64,000 nt of DNA from Thalassovita sp. (GTDB taxonomy: Bacteria; Pseudomonadota; Alphaproteobacteria; Rhodobacterales; Rhodobacteraceae). Made by a program: the position numbers and the translations under genes. The stretch's first letter is position 1. Every line of letters begins with the position of its first letter. This document shows, piece after piece, positions 10,639-20,466 of the stretch. The DNA is taken from positions 114,601 to 178,600 of the forward strand of contig NZ_JAXMOH010000006.1 of assembly GCF_034670005.1 (NCBI RefSeq), given 5' to 3'. The notes under the pieces are model-generated. The model was not told the origin of the DNA, searched no databases, and was given only the letters and a program-made list of their open reading frames with translations.

Positions 10639-11390
10639 TGCAGGTGCGGGCGCGGCGATATCCGTCCCGCCCGTGGCATTCGCTTGCCTGCCGCGCGGCC
10701 TTGTCACTGGGACTGTGGGCGGCGGTACAGGTGGCCCCGGCGGCGGCCGATATCCAATCGGCCCGCTATGTCGATCCGACACCGCGTTATGCGCATGGTG
10801 TGTTTGGCGACACTCTGGAATGGGCCGGATTGCAGATCCGCTTGTCAGACGGGCGCAGGGTGCGCGTCACCTTGCCCTCCGATCAGGTGTTCGAAGATCA
10901 GGCCCCGCGGCTGATTGATGTCGACCTTGATGGCGATGTCGAAATCGTGGTTGTGCAGACCGACATCGCGCGCGGCGCCTCTCTGGCGATCTATGACGAA
11001 AACGGATTGATCGCGGCAACGCCCCCGATCGGCCAGACCCATCGCTGGCTGGCGCCCTTGGGTGGGGCCGATCTGGATGGTGATGGCCGGGTGGAGCTGG
11101 CCTATATCGACCGGCCGCATCTGGCCCGGACGCTGCGGGTCTGGCGTTTCGAGGCCGGGGCGCTGACCGATGTCGCATCGCTGACCGGCCTGACCAATCA
11201 TCGTTTTGGTCAGGCTCGCATTTCCGGTGGTATCCGTGATTGCGGGACCGGGCCGGAAATCATCACCGCCGATGCCGATTGGCGCGATGTGATGGCGGTT
11301 CGGCTGACACAGGGGCGTCTTGTCGCCCGTCCTCTCGGGCGTTTTGACGGGCCGGACAGCTTTGCCCGGGCGCTGGACTGTCAGGACTGA
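10638..11390 (+). CDS. exported FG-GAP/VCBS-like repeat protein
   Basis: ATG overlaps the ferredoxin TGA. Signal-like N-terminus ending AAVQVAPAAA; repeats VDLDGDVEIVV and ADLDGDGRVELAY. Confidence 0.65.
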
Positions 11391-12007
11391 GCCGCGTCGC
11401 GGACCCCTTGCACCAGCGCAGGGATGTCCGAGGCTGGCAAGCTCAGTACCGGTTTCCACGGCGCATAGAACCAACTTACCGCCGCCCCTAGAACCAGAAG
11501 CCCCCCCAGCGGCAGCGCCGCGTCACCGGCCCGCGATCCGGCACTGATCAGCACCGCGATGCCCAATCCCACAGCGCTCATTGCCCCGGTCACGCCAAGC
11601 GCAAACATGATAAGCCGCGCCCGGCCATAGTCGCCTATACCGACCGGAAAACCGGGCCGCGTTTCGGCAAGTGCGCGCGCGACCGCTTCGACCAGCGCCA
11701 GATGGGCCGCGCCATCGGCCGAATCCGCCGCCTGTGCCGTGTCCAGCTTGACGCCGATCCTGTGGCGCCCTCCCGGTCCGGCCAGATCCAGCCGGCGCAG
11801 GACGGCTTCGCCGTTGCGGGTTTCCACGAAATCAACGCGCCTGACCCGATGCAGGTCGATCTGCCAGAGGACCGCGCCATCCTCGGCCAGCCGCATCAGC
11901 AGCGCACCATCCAGTAAAAAACGGATCGACCCGCGCAAAGCGTCGGGTTTGAACCGGATTTCAAATGGCTCAGTGGCCAACGCTGCTGACCACACGCTCA
12001 CCGCCAA
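11381..12007 (-). CDS. hypothetical membrane protein (soluble N-terminal module plus 2 TM helices)
   Basis: The ORF has coding-like composition. The track start is TTG at 12007, with GTG alternatives at 12001 and 11995. It overlaps the upstream regulator's 3' end. Confidence 0.55.
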   Translation of the reverse strand: MAVSVWSAALATEPFEIRFKPDALRGSIRFLLDGALLMRLAEDGAVLWQIDLHRVRRVDFVETRNGEAVLRRLDLAGPGGRHRIGVKLDTAQAADSADGAAHLALVEAVARALAETRPGFPVGIGDYGRARLIMFALGVTGAMSAVGLGIAVLISAGSRAGDAALPLGGLLVLGAAVSWFYAPWKPVLSLPASDIPALVQGVRDAAQS

Positions 12008-12572
12008 TCGACACCAGCGACTGAAATAGACCGGCAGTATTGGACGCGCGAAATTTCTTCAGCAGGCGCGAACGATGCACTTCGACGGTACGGTGAGATA
12101 TGCCAAGGCTGATCGCTATTTCTTTCGACGTCTTGCCTTCGCCAATCAAGGTAAAGACCTCACGTTCGCGCCGGGTCAGCGGATAATAGGGCCTTGTGTC
12201 CGACAGATCGGCAAACGACCACACCGCCCGCCGGATCGGATCGTCCGGGGTGAAACTGTGGCCGCGCACCCGGCACCAGAACAGCTCGCCGGTTTTACGC
12301 ATCATGACCCGTTCGTCCCAGTAGGAATTGTTCTCCCGAAAATCCTTGTCGCCGCGATGGCGGATATTCACGAATTCTTCCTGCGTCGGATAAAGCGGCG
12401 CGAAGCTCTGGTCGCGCAATTCCGACGCGTTGTATCGGAACATGTGCGCAAAGGTCGGGTTGCAGTCGCGGATCACCCGGCTTTCGGTCACCACAAGCCC
12501 AACCGGCGCGAATTCGTAGATCAGTTTGGTGAAGTCACCGCTGTCATACGCGTCAGATATCAGGTTTTCCAT
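11970..12572 (-). CDS. PAS-domain LuxR-family transcriptional regulator
   Basis: N-terminal PAS-like region, then C-terminal LTRREREVFTLIGEGKTSKEIAISLGISHRTVEVHRSRLLKKF (LuxR/GerE HTH). Confidence 0.85.
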   Translation of the reverse strand: MENLISDAYDSGDFTKLIYEFAPVGLVVTESRVIRDCNPTFAHMFRYNASELRDQSFAPLYPTQEEFVNIRHRGDKDFRENNSYWDERVMMRKTGELFWCRVRGHSFTPDDPIRRAVWSFADLSDTRPYYPLTRREREVFTLIGEGKTSKEIAISLGISHRTVEVHRSRLLKKFRASNTAGLFQSLVSIGGERVVSSVGH

Positions 12573-12681
12573 ATGTCGTGCCGCTCCGGGCCCTGGGGGA
12601 TTGCAAGCCTTGCCATGATAGGGATGTCACCGGTTCGACGCAATCGTCCGCTGCGCCGGACCGGTGTCCCTGTTTCACAGC

Positions 12682-13944
12682 TCAGAGCGCACGCCAGCCG
12701 ATGTCGCGGCGGCAGAACCCTTGCGCCCAGTCGATCTTGTCCACCATCGCATAGGCGCGATCCGCCGCTTCGCGCAACGACGCGCCGCGCGCGGTCACAT
12801 TCAGAACCCGGCCACCGGTGGCGATGATCTGGCCATCCTTCTTGCCGGTTCCGGCATGGAAACACATTTCGAAACTCGTTTCCGGCAGATCGTCCAGGCC
12901 GCGGATCACGCTGCCCTTTTCATACGCGCCGGGATAGCCATTGGCGGCCATGACGACCGATACCGCATGATCGTCACCCCAATTGACCCGCGCCTCGGCC
13001 AGTCGGCCCTCGGCGCAGGCCTGCATCAGGTCCAGCGCCTGCGCGCCCAGACGCATCATCAGCACCTGACATTCCGGGTCGCCAAATCGCACGTTATATT
13101 CCACCAATCGCGGCTGGCCGTCCTTGATCATGAACCCGGCATAAAGCACGCCCTGATACGGCGTGCCGCGATCAGCCATAACTTTCATCGTCGGCCTGAT
13201 GATTTCCGCCATCGCTTTTTCTGCGATCTCATCCGACAGAACCGGGGCAGGGGAATAGGCCCCCATGCCGCCGGTGTTCAGGCCGGTATCGCCTTCACCG
13301 ACGCGCTTGTGATCCTGCGCGGTGCCAATCGGCAGGCAGGTCTCGCCATCCACCAGAATGAAAAAGGACGCCTCTTCGCCCTCCATGAATTCCTCGATCA
13401 CCACCTCGGCCCCGGCCTGCCCGAATTCACCGCCGAACATATCGTCGATGGCGGCCAGCGCGGTCGCTTCGTCCATCGCCACGATCACGCCCTTGCCCGC
13501 AGCCAGCCCGTCGGCCTTGACCACGATCGGCGCGCCCTGCTGCCGGATATAGGCCTTGGCGGCCTCTGCATCGGTGAAATGGGCATAGCCCGCCGTCGGG
13601 GCCTTCGCCGCATCGCAAACTTCCTTGGTGAAGCTTTTCGACGCTTCCAGCTTCGCCGCCGCTTCGGACGGGCCAAACACCAGAACCCCTGCCTCGCGCA
13701 GCCGGTCCGCCACCCCCGCGGCCAGCGGCGCCTCGGGGCCGATGATGACGAAATCGATGGTGTTTTCTTCGCAGAAATTCACCACCGCCGCGCCGTTCAG
13801 AATGTCCAGGTTGGCACAGGTCGCAATCGCGGCGATCCCGGCATTGCCCGGTGCCACGATCAGCTTGTCGCATTTGGGGTTCTGCATCACCGCCCATGCC
13901 AGCGCATGTTCGCGCCCGCCGCTGCCCAGGATCAGGATATTCAT
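12682..13944 (-). CDS. purD: phosphoribosylamine--glycine ligase
   Basis: MNILILGSGGREHALAWA... ATP-grasp sequence. The real start is ATG at 13944, inside the 773-aa track ORF. Confidence 0.95.
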   Translation of the reverse strand: MNILILGSGGREHALAWAVMQNPKCDKLIVAPGNAGIAAIATCANLDILNGAAVVNFCEENTIDFVIIGPEAPLAAGVADRLREAGVLVFGPSEAAAKLEASKSFTKEVCDAAKAPTAGYAHFTDAEAAKAYIRQQGAPIVVKADGLAAGKGVIVAMDEATALAAIDDMFGGEFGQAGAEVVIEEFMEGEEASFFILVDGETCLPIGTAQDHKRVGEGDTGLNTGGMGAYSPAPVLSDEIAEKAMAEIIRPTMKVMADRGTPYQGVLYAGFMIKDGQPRLVEYNVRFGDPECQVLMMRLGAQALDLMQACAEGRLAEARVNWGDDHAVSVVMAANGYPGAYEKGSVIRGLDDLPETSFEMCFHAGTGKKDGQIIATGGRVLNVTARGASLREAADRAYAMVDKIDWAQGFCRRDIGWRAL

Positions 13945-14022
13945 ACCGGCTCTCTCCGCTTGGCCTTCTGTTTGAGGCGTTCTAAGGTGGCTGGAGGCAG
14001 GAAACAAGACAGGCAAATTCCG

Positions 14023-15573
14023 ATGTCCGATCTGATCGACGATCCCCGCGAAGGCGAAAACGCCCCGGAATTCAGCGTGTCGGAACTGTCCGGCGCGATC
14101 AAACGGATGATCGAAGGCGAATTCGCCCATGTCCGTATCCGGGGCGAAGTCGGCCGGGTGTCGATGCCGCGCTCGGGACATGTCTATCTGGATCTCAAGG
14201 ATGACCGCTCGGTGATCGCCGGGGTAATCTGGAAAGGCGTCGCCTCGAAACTGACCACCAGACCCGAAGAAGGCATGGAAGTCATCGCAACCGGCCGCCT
14301 GACCACCTTCCCGGGCCAGTCGAAATACCAGATCGTGATCGAGGATATGAAACCGGCGGGCATGGGCGCGCTGATGGCGATGCTGGAAAAGCGTAAACAG
14401 ATGCTGGCCGCCGAAGGGCTGTTCGCGCCCGAACGTAAAAGGCCGCTGCCGTACCTGCCCGAAGTGATCGGCGTCGTGACCTCGCCCTCTGGCGCGGTGA
14501 TCCGCGATATCCTGCACCGGCTGCGCGACCGGTTCCCGCGCAAGGTGCTGATCTGGCCGGTGGCGGTGCAGGGCGAAAAATGCGCCACCGAAGTGGCCCG
14601 CGCCATCGCCGGGTTCAACGCGCTGAACCCGGGCGGCGCGCTGCCGCGCCCCGACCTGTTGATCGTGGCCCGTGGCGGTGGCTCGATCGAAGACCTCTGG
14701 GGCTTCAACGAAGAAATCGTCGCCCGCGCCGCTGCCGCCTCGGACATCCCGCTGATTTCGGCGGTTGGGCATGAAACCGACACCACGCTGATTGATTATG
14801 TTTCCGACATGCGTGCGCCGACCCCCACGGCGGCGGCGGAACTGGCGGTGCCGGTGCGGCTGGAATTGCTCGGCTGGCTCGATCAGCAGGGCGCGCGGCT
14901 GACCCGGGCGCTGACCCAGGGGATCGGTCAGCGCGGTCAGCGTCTGCGCGATCTCAGCCGCGCCCTGCCACGCGCCGACACCTTGCTGGAAGGCCCGCGG
15001 CAACGGCTCGATGGCTGGGGGGATCGGTTGCCGCAGGCGCTGATCCGCTCGGTGCAGTTGCGTCAGGTGAGGCTCTCTGACATTCGCGGCGGGCTGCGCC
15101 CGGCCAACTTGACGCGCCGGATCGAGGCGGAAAAACGCGCCCTTACCGCACTCTCGCCCCGCCTTGCGGCAGGTCTCCAGCGGGGTGTCGATGCCAAGCG
15201 CGAAGCGCTGGGGCGGCGCGCGGACCGGCTGAAGATCGAACCGCTCAAACGCGACCTGACGCGCAAACGCGATGAATTCACCGGCTTGTCAAAGCGGCTG
15301 TCGGAGGCGGCCAATCGACAGACCGCCGATTGGCAGGGCCAGATCGACGCGCTCGACCGGCTGCGCGAAACGCTGGGCTACAAGGCGACGCTGAAACGGG
15401 GCTACGCGGTGGTGCGCGGCGATGGCGATGTCGTCACCAGCAAGAAGGCGGCAGGCAAGGCGCAGGAACTGGAAATCGAATTCGCCGATGGTCGCCTCAC
15501 CCTTGGCGCCAAGCCGGTAAAACCCCCGGCCAAGTCAAAACCCAAACCTCCCGAACAGGGCAGCCTGTTCTGA
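14023..15573 (+). CDS. xseA: exodeoxyribonuclease VII large subunit
   Basis: MSDLIDDP...EFSVSELSGAIKRMIEGEF...GEVGRVSMPRSGHVYLDLKD. Start is the internal ATG of the 969-aa track ORF. Confidence 0.92.
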   Translation: MSDLIDDPREGENAPEFSVSELSGAIKRMIEGEFAHVRIRGEVGRVSMPRSGHVYLDLKDDRSVIAGVIWKGVASKLTTRPEEGMEVIATGRLTTFPGQSKYQIVIEDMKPAGMGALMAMLEKRKQMLAAEGLFAPERKRPLPYLPEVIGVVTSPSGAVIRDILHRLRDRFPRKVLIWPVAVQGEKCATEVARAIAGFNALNPGGALPRPDLLIVARGGGSIEDLWGFNEEIVARAAAASDIPLISAVGHETDTTLIDYVSDMRAPTPTAAAELAVPVRLELLGWLDQQGARLTRALTQGIGQRGQRLRDLSRALPRADTLLEGPRQRLDGWGDRLPQALIRSVQLRQVRLSDIRGGLRPANLTRRIEAEKRALTALSPRLAAGLQRGVDAKREALGRRADRLKIEPLKRDLTRKRDEFTGLSKRLSEAANRQTADWQGQIDALDRLRETLGYKATLKRGYAVVRGDGDVVTSKKAAGKAQELEIEFADGRLTLGAKPVKPPAKSKPKPPEQGSLF

Positions 15574-15587
15574 TCTTCTTCTTTTGA

Positions 15588-16604
15588 CTAAATCCCCAGG
15601 GTTTCAATCCGTGGGTCCATCACCCGCCGCCACAGGTTTGGCCACAACGCGATCACCGCCATCACCGGCAGCGAATGCGGCAATACCGGCATGTCCGGGG
15701 TCAGCCGCAGGGCCGGGTAATGCCGGGTTGGATGGATGTGATGATCGGAATGGCGCGGCGCGTTCAGCATCATCGCGCTGGAATAGCGATGCGGCGTGTT
15801 CCAGCTATGCTCGGGTCCAACCGCAACCGGCTTGCCGGACAGGCCCTGACCGCGCTGCAACCCGTAATGCTGAACATAATCCGACAGCAGCATTTGCAGC
15901 TGGGCATAGGCGGCCACTGCGATCAGCGCGGCAAACCCTCCGGGTCCGAAAATTGCGGTGGCGATCATCAGGGTCGCGGCGGCGCCCCCGACATACCGGG
16001 AATAGGGATGGCTCAGGACCGATGCCCGCCCGATCCGGGCGCGGCGCTGGTTTTCGGCGGCCAACCCGGCCTTGAACGCGCCGATCCAGCCGCGTTTGAC
16101 AAAGCGCCAGAACCCTTCGCCCCTGCGGGCGGAACTGGGGTCGGCGGCGGTGGCGACATGGCTGTGATGCACCAGAAGATGCGCCGAAATGTGATGCCCG
16201 ATCAGCAGGGTGATATAGACCATCTTGCCCAATCCGGCGAGCCAGCGATTGCCGCGATGGATCAGTTCATGCGCGTTGGGGTGGCCGATCTGGCCGAAAA
16301 ATAAACCAAACCCTGCCAGCAGCCCGGCGCGTTCCCATCCGCCCAGACCGCTATCGCCGCCAATCGCCCAGACCGCCAGGGTCAGCATCGGCAGATGCAG
16401 CAGCGCCAGCAAAGCCGACAACCCGTCACCGGCGGGAAATTCGCTGTCGGGGCGGGATGTTGGCCCCGGCGGGATCAGCCGGTCCATGGTAAAGGTGAAA
16501 ACGGTGATGAACAGCAACGCGATCAGAATCCACATTCCGCCATACAGCGCCGACAGGATCAGCAGGCAGGCCGGGGCCAGCGTGGCGAAGGTGAAAAGGG
16601 CCAT
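15588..16604 (-). CDS. alkB: AlkB-type integral-membrane alkane 1-monooxygenase / fatty-acid desaturase family
   Basis: His boxes HELIHR, HLLVHHSH and RHSDHH, plus the QHYGL motif. Start at internal ATG 16604. Confidence 0.8.
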   Translation of the reverse strand: MALFTFATLAPACLLILSALYGGMWILIALLFITVFTFTMDRLIPPGPTSRPDSEFPAGDGLSALLALLHLPMLTLAVWAIGGDSGLGGWERAGLLAGFGLFFGQIGHPNAHELIHRGNRWLAGLGKMVYITLLIGHHISAHLLVHHSHVATAADPSSARRGEGFWRFVKRGWIGAFKAGLAAENQRRARIGRASVLSHPYSRYVGGAAATLMIATAIFGPGGFAALIAVAAYAQLQMLLSDYVQHYGLQRGQGLSGKPVAVGPEHSWNTPHRYSSAMMLNAPRHSDHHIHPTRHYPALRLTPDMPVLPHSLPVMAVIALWPNLWRRVMDPRIETLGI

Positions 16605-16758
16605 AAAACATTCCTGCGGGCGGTGGGTTACGCGTCGCAGGCTACCCCGAAGATCGCGCGGCGACAATTCTTTCAGGCGTTAGGCGGTTTTGTTGTGTCT
16701 CGGCATTAAATTGCGAATTACGAGCCAAATTCTGAGAATAAAAGTTGAAAAATAAAAA

Positions 16759-17148
16759 TTATACCCCGACATCCGGACCCAGACACAGCATCGGTTCATC
16801 CGATTTATTGACCTCATACAGCACCGTTTGCGCCGGATCGTTTTCGAACCGCGCCACCAATCCACCCGGGCTTTGGAAAAAGGTCCAGCATTGAGGATCC
16901 GGCCCTTCTTCATAAACAAAACAGATCATGCCGCCGGATTCATACCATGTGCCATCCTTGCATTTGCCATCAAGGAAGGACCAGCGCACCCGGCGGTTCT
17001 CAAGATATTCCTCGCCGCCATAAGGCGCATCGCCATCCGCGTAATAAAACGTCTTGCCGCGCGTGTAGGCGTCGAATTCGGCCCCAGACATGGCCTGCTC
17101 AGCCTGTAGCGGCGCGGCGAAAAATAGCAGTGGCATAATCCATTTCAT
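16759..17148 (-). CDS. small secreted hypothetical protein
   Basis: Signal peptide MKWIMPLLFFAAPLQA; four Cys; no recognisable domain. Confidence 0.6.
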   Translation of the reverse strand: MKWIMPLLFFAAPLQAEQAMSGAEFDAYTRGKTFYYADGDAPYGGEEYLENRRVRWSFLDGKCKDGTWYESGGMICFVYEEGPDPQCWTFFQSPGGLVARFENDPAQTVLYEVNKSDEPMLCLGPDVGV

Positions 17149-17229
17149 GCCGCCATCCTGAGCAACAAATGGCCAAAGGCCAAGTCACAATTGCGCGTGT
17201 GGGGTTCCGGCAGGGATGGGACAGATTTG

Positions 17230-17889
17230 ATGATGACCGCAGCACCCTATGGCATCGCACCCGGATTTCTGCTGATCGGGGCGGCGTTGTCCCTTACCTA
17301 TCTGATCGGATTTTGCTGGCGCGGGCCGGGGCTGATCAAAACGCTGGTCAAAACCGGCGCGGTTGCAGCACCCGCCTTCGGGATCAGCCTTGCCGGGGCT
17401 TCGGGCTGGGCCTTGGCGGGGCTCTGGGCCTGTGTTGCGGGGGATTTCCTGTTGTCGCGCCCCGGCGAGGCATGGCTGAAATCGGGGATCGCGGCCTTTG
17501 CGCTGGGGCATATTTTCTATGTTCTGGCCTTGCTGACAGGGTTCGGCCCGGGGTTCGGTGCCGATTGGATCGGCGGGGCGGTGCCTTTGGCTTTGCTCCT
17601 GCTGGGCCTGTCGACCGAACTCTGGCTGATCCCGCATTGCGGCCCGCTGAAGGGACCGGTGCGGTTCTATGTCCTGCTGATCCTCGTCATGGGCGGCATT
17701 GCCGCGCAATTACCGATTCCTCGGATTCCGGTCCTGGCCGGTGCGCTGACCTTCATTCTGTCCGATCTGATCCTCTCGGTGGAACTTTTCGTGCTGTCTG
17801 GGGGATGGTTCGGCCGGCTGGCGCCATTCTTCATTTGGTTCTTTTACTACGCGGCGCAAGTTCTTCTTTTCATGGGATTTATGGGCTAA
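17230..17889 (+). CDS. YhhN-family (lysoplasmalogenase-like) membrane protein
   Basis: Polytopic membrane protein with GDFLLS and ALGHIFY motifs typical of YhhN. Confidence 0.7.
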   Translation: MMTAAPYGIAPGFLLIGAALSLTYLIGFCWRGPGLIKTLVKTGAVAAPAFGISLAGASGWALAGLWACVAGDFLLSRPGEAWLKSGIAAFALGHIFYVLALLTGFGPGFGADWIGGAVPLALLLLGLSTELWLIPHCGPLKGPVRFYVLLILVMGGIAAQLPIPRIPVLAGALTFILSDLILSVELFVLSGGWFGRLAPFFIWFFYYAAQVLLFMGFMG

Positions 17890-18007
17890 AGATACACGCT
17901 GCCCCACAGGGTTTTCCACAGCGGTATCCCCAAGGAAATAAGGCCCGGGGCTTCCAATGCCGGGTCAGAGTGGCTAGGTCAATTCAAATACCTACGGAAT
18001 CCCCCAG

Positions 18008-19126
18008 ATGTCTTTTTTTGGAAAACTCAAACAACGGCTGATGAAAACCTCGTCCCGGATCGAGGACGGATTGGATTCCATCGTTGAAGACGGCGGCGAT
18101 ACCGAAGCGGCTGACGCGCCGGACGCAATCGCCAACGACGCGCCGCAGCCTGATGCGGCCGCCGCGCCGCAACCCGCTCCGGCCGATCCGGAATCAGCCA
18201 AACCCGAACCGGCACAGGACAGTCCACAGGTCACGGCCAAGCCGGGCCTTCTGGGCCGCATCATCGGCCGCAAGGATGCCCAACCGGTTGTCCGCCGGGT
18301 GCTCGATGACGATATGCTTGAACAGCTCGAAGAGCTGCTGATCGCATCTGATATGGGGGTCGACACCGCGTTGCGCGTCACCGCCAATATCGCCGAAGGG
18401 CGCTTTGGCCGCAAATTGTCGGTTGCCGAAATCAAGGGCCTGCTGGCGGATGAAATCGCCCGGATCATGGAAAACGTGGCAAAACCGCTGCCGATCTTCC
18501 CCAAAAAACCGCAGGTGGTTCTGGTCGTCGGCGTCAACGGGTCGGGCAAGACCACCACCATCGGCAAGCTGGCCAGCCAGTTCAAGGCGGCGGGCAAATC
18601 GGTGGTGATCGCGGCGGGCGACACGTTCCGCGCCGCAGCGGTTGAACAATTGCAGGTCTGGGGTGATCGCGCCGGGGTGCCCGTGCTGACCGCGCCCGAA
18701 GGGTCGGACCCGGCCAGCCTTGCCTTTGACGCGATGACCAAGGCCGAAGCCGACGGCGCTGACCTGCTGTTGATCGACACCGCCGGGCGATTGCAGAACC
18801 GTGCCGACCTGATGGAGGAGCTGGCCAAGATCGTCCGGGTCATCCGCAAGAAAGACGAAACCGCACCGCATAACACGCTTCTGGTGCTGGATGCGACCAC
18901 CGGCCAGAACGCGCTGAGCCAGGTCGAGACGTTCCAGAAACTGGCCGATGTGTCGGGTCTGGTGATGACCAAGCTCGACGGCACCGCCAAGGGCGGCGTG
19001 CTGGTGGCACTGGCCGACAAGTTCGGCCTGCCGATCCATGCGATCGGCGTGGGCGAGCAGATCGACGATCTGCAAGCCTTTGATCCCGAAGAATTTGCAA
19101 AAGCGCTGACAGGTCTTGATGCTTGA
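18008..19126 (+). CDS. ftsY: signal recognition particle receptor FtsY
   Basis: Acidic N-terminus, NG domain with GVNGSGKTTTIGKLA, DTAGRL and TKLDGTAKGG. Confidence 0.95.
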   Translation: MSFFGKLKQRLMKTSSRIEDGLDSIVEDGGDTEAADAPDAIANDAPQPDAAAAPQPAPADPESAKPEPAQDSPQVTAKPGLLGRIIGRKDAQPVVRRVLDDDMLEQLEELLIASDMGVDTALRVTANIAEGRFGRKLSVAEIKGLLADEIARIMENVAKPLPIFPKKPQVVLVVGVNGSGKTTTIGKLASQFKAAGKSVVIAAGDTFRAAAVEQLQVWGDRAGVPVLTAPEGSDPASLAFDAMTKAEADGADLLLIDTAGRLQNRADLMEELAKIVRVIRKKDETAPHNTLLVLDATTGQNALSQVETFQKLADVSGLVMTKLDGTAKGGVLVALADKFGLPIHAIGVGEQIDDLQAFDPEEFAKALTGLDA

Positions 19127-19556
19127 GATACATGATACACTACAAGGCGACCACGGCTGGGATATCGTGGCGGTTCACATGGCTGTGGATGAGGTGATGG
19201 AATCCTCGCGCCTGAGCTATCCCTATCTGGGCGACGACGATTGGTCGGCAGGACGCATCCTGTATTCCGAATGCATCGTGACCGATGGTGACGAAGTCGT
19301 CGGGGCCGGGCGTCTGATCTGGGATGCCGAGCGCGACAATGCGATCCCGCGGATACAGGATTTCTGCCTGATGCGGGCCTATCGCAGCAGTTTTGTCGTC
19401 GATTCGATGATTTCTGCGCTGATCGACGGCTATGCCGAAGACGCCGCAGGCGGCACCACGATATTGTCCCATGACGGTCAGGAAATCGACATTTCCGAAC
19501 GGGTCGAGCGGTTGCGCGACATCGCAGCGGGCCAGTTTGAACCCCGCGTGATATGA
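19119..19556 (+). CDS. hypothetical protein (possibly a degenerate GNAT-like fold)
   Basis: ATG at 19119 (the track start at 19116 is TTG). Overlaps the ftsY stop by 8 nt, and its own stop overlaps the next ATG (ATGA). Confidence 0.6.
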   Translation: MLEIHDTLQGDHGWDIVAVHMAVDEVMESSRLSYPYLGDDDWSAGRILYSECIVTDGDEVVGAGRLIWDAERDNAIPRIQDFCLMRAYRSSFVVDSMISALIDGYAEDAAGGTTILSHDGQEIDISERVERLRDIAAGQFEPRVI

Positions 19557-20455
19557 GCGCTTGGCTGATCGGGCTGGAAGGCACCGAAGCCGGGCATCAA
19601 CTGGCATTGATTTTGGCCCTGAGCGCGGCCTTGCTGCACGCAGTGTTCGGCGCGCTGCAAAAGGGGCGGCACGATCCTTGGCTGTCGCGCGGGGCGATTG
19701 ATTTCAGCTATGCGGTGATGGCCGCGCCAATCGCCCTTTTCCTCGTGCCTTGGCCTGAACCGCATATGTGGCCGATCTTTGCCACCGCGATCGCAATCCA
19801 TATCGGCTATAAATTCCTGCAGGCTTTCGCCTATACCAAGGGGGCTTACACCGTCGTCTATCCGGTGGTGCGCGGCACTGGCCCGTTGTTCACGGTGATC
19901 GGGGCCTATTTCCTGTTCGGGGAAACCTTTGCGCCGTTGCAATGGCTGGGGGTCGCGACCCTGCTGGCCGGGATCTTCGGCTTGGCGCTGTATAATCTGA
20001 TTTTTCTGGAACTGAACCGGGACACGCTGGGCATTGCCCTGATGCTGGCGGGCATGACCGGCCTGTTCGTTGCGCTTTACACCACCTATGACGCTTATGG
20101 CATCCGCGCCACCGCCAACCCTTTTACCTTTCTGGCATGGTTCTTCCTGTTCGACGGCTTGGTCATGCCGCCCGTTGCGTTCCTGCGCTGGCGTAACATG
20201 GCGCTGCGCCCGGCTGTTGCTCCGCTGATGCTGCGCGGCGTGGCGGGCGCGCTGGTGGCGTTTCTCAGTTTCGGGTCAATCATGCTGGCGACGCGGCTTG
20301 ACAAGGTGGGCGAGGCTGCTGTTCTGAGGGAAACATCGACCGTTTTCGCGGCACTGATCGGCTGGCTGGTACTGAAAGAAACGGTGGGACCGCGCAGAAT
20401 TGCGCTGATGGCCTTGATCGCGGTGGGCGCGGTCATAGTTGAATTGGGAAGCTGA
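19553..20455 (+). CDS. DMT-superfamily (EamA-like) transporter
   Basis: About 10 predicted TM helices in a two-EamA-repeat pattern. Confidence 0.8.
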   Translation: MSAWLIGLEGTEAGHQLALILALSAALLHAVFGALQKGRHDPWLSRGAIDFSYAVMAAPIALFLVPWPEPHMWPIFATAIAIHIGYKFLQAFAYTKGAYTVVYPVVRGTGPLFTVIGAYFLFGETFAPLQWLGVATLLAGIFGLALYNLIFLELNRDTLGIALMLAGMTGLFVALYTTYDAYGIRATANPFTFLAWFFLFDGLVMPPVAFLRWRNMALRPAVAPLMLRGVAGALVAFLSFGSIMLATRLDKVGEAAVLRETSTVFAALIGWLVLKETVGPRRIALMALIAVGAVIVELGS

Positions 20456-20466
20456 CGGGAAATCTT

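Noticed and set aside
12664-15573. 969-aa plus-strand ORF spanning the purD region and xseA. Similar very long ORFs lie antisense to real genes: 17992-19584, 24402-25730, 32099-33397, 35141-36445, 38204-39523, 45778-47511, 50565-51863 and 58696-60123.
   Set aside because: Their translations are Arg/Gly/Ala/Pro-rich with no motifs, while the opposite strand or a downstream in-frame part encodes textbook proteins (purD, ftsY, glyA, maeB, deoB, fadJ and others). These are typical stop-codon-poor artefacts of high-GC DNA. Only the C-terminal 516 aa of this ORF (xseA, from 14023) are real.
19094-19101. Additional perfect TTTGCAAA sites at 19094-19101 (inside ftsY) and 23304-23311 (inside the DUF817 gene).
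   Set aside because: These are isolated single sites within coding sequence, not clustered and not upstream of acyl-CoA metabolism genes, so they are probably chance occurrences.
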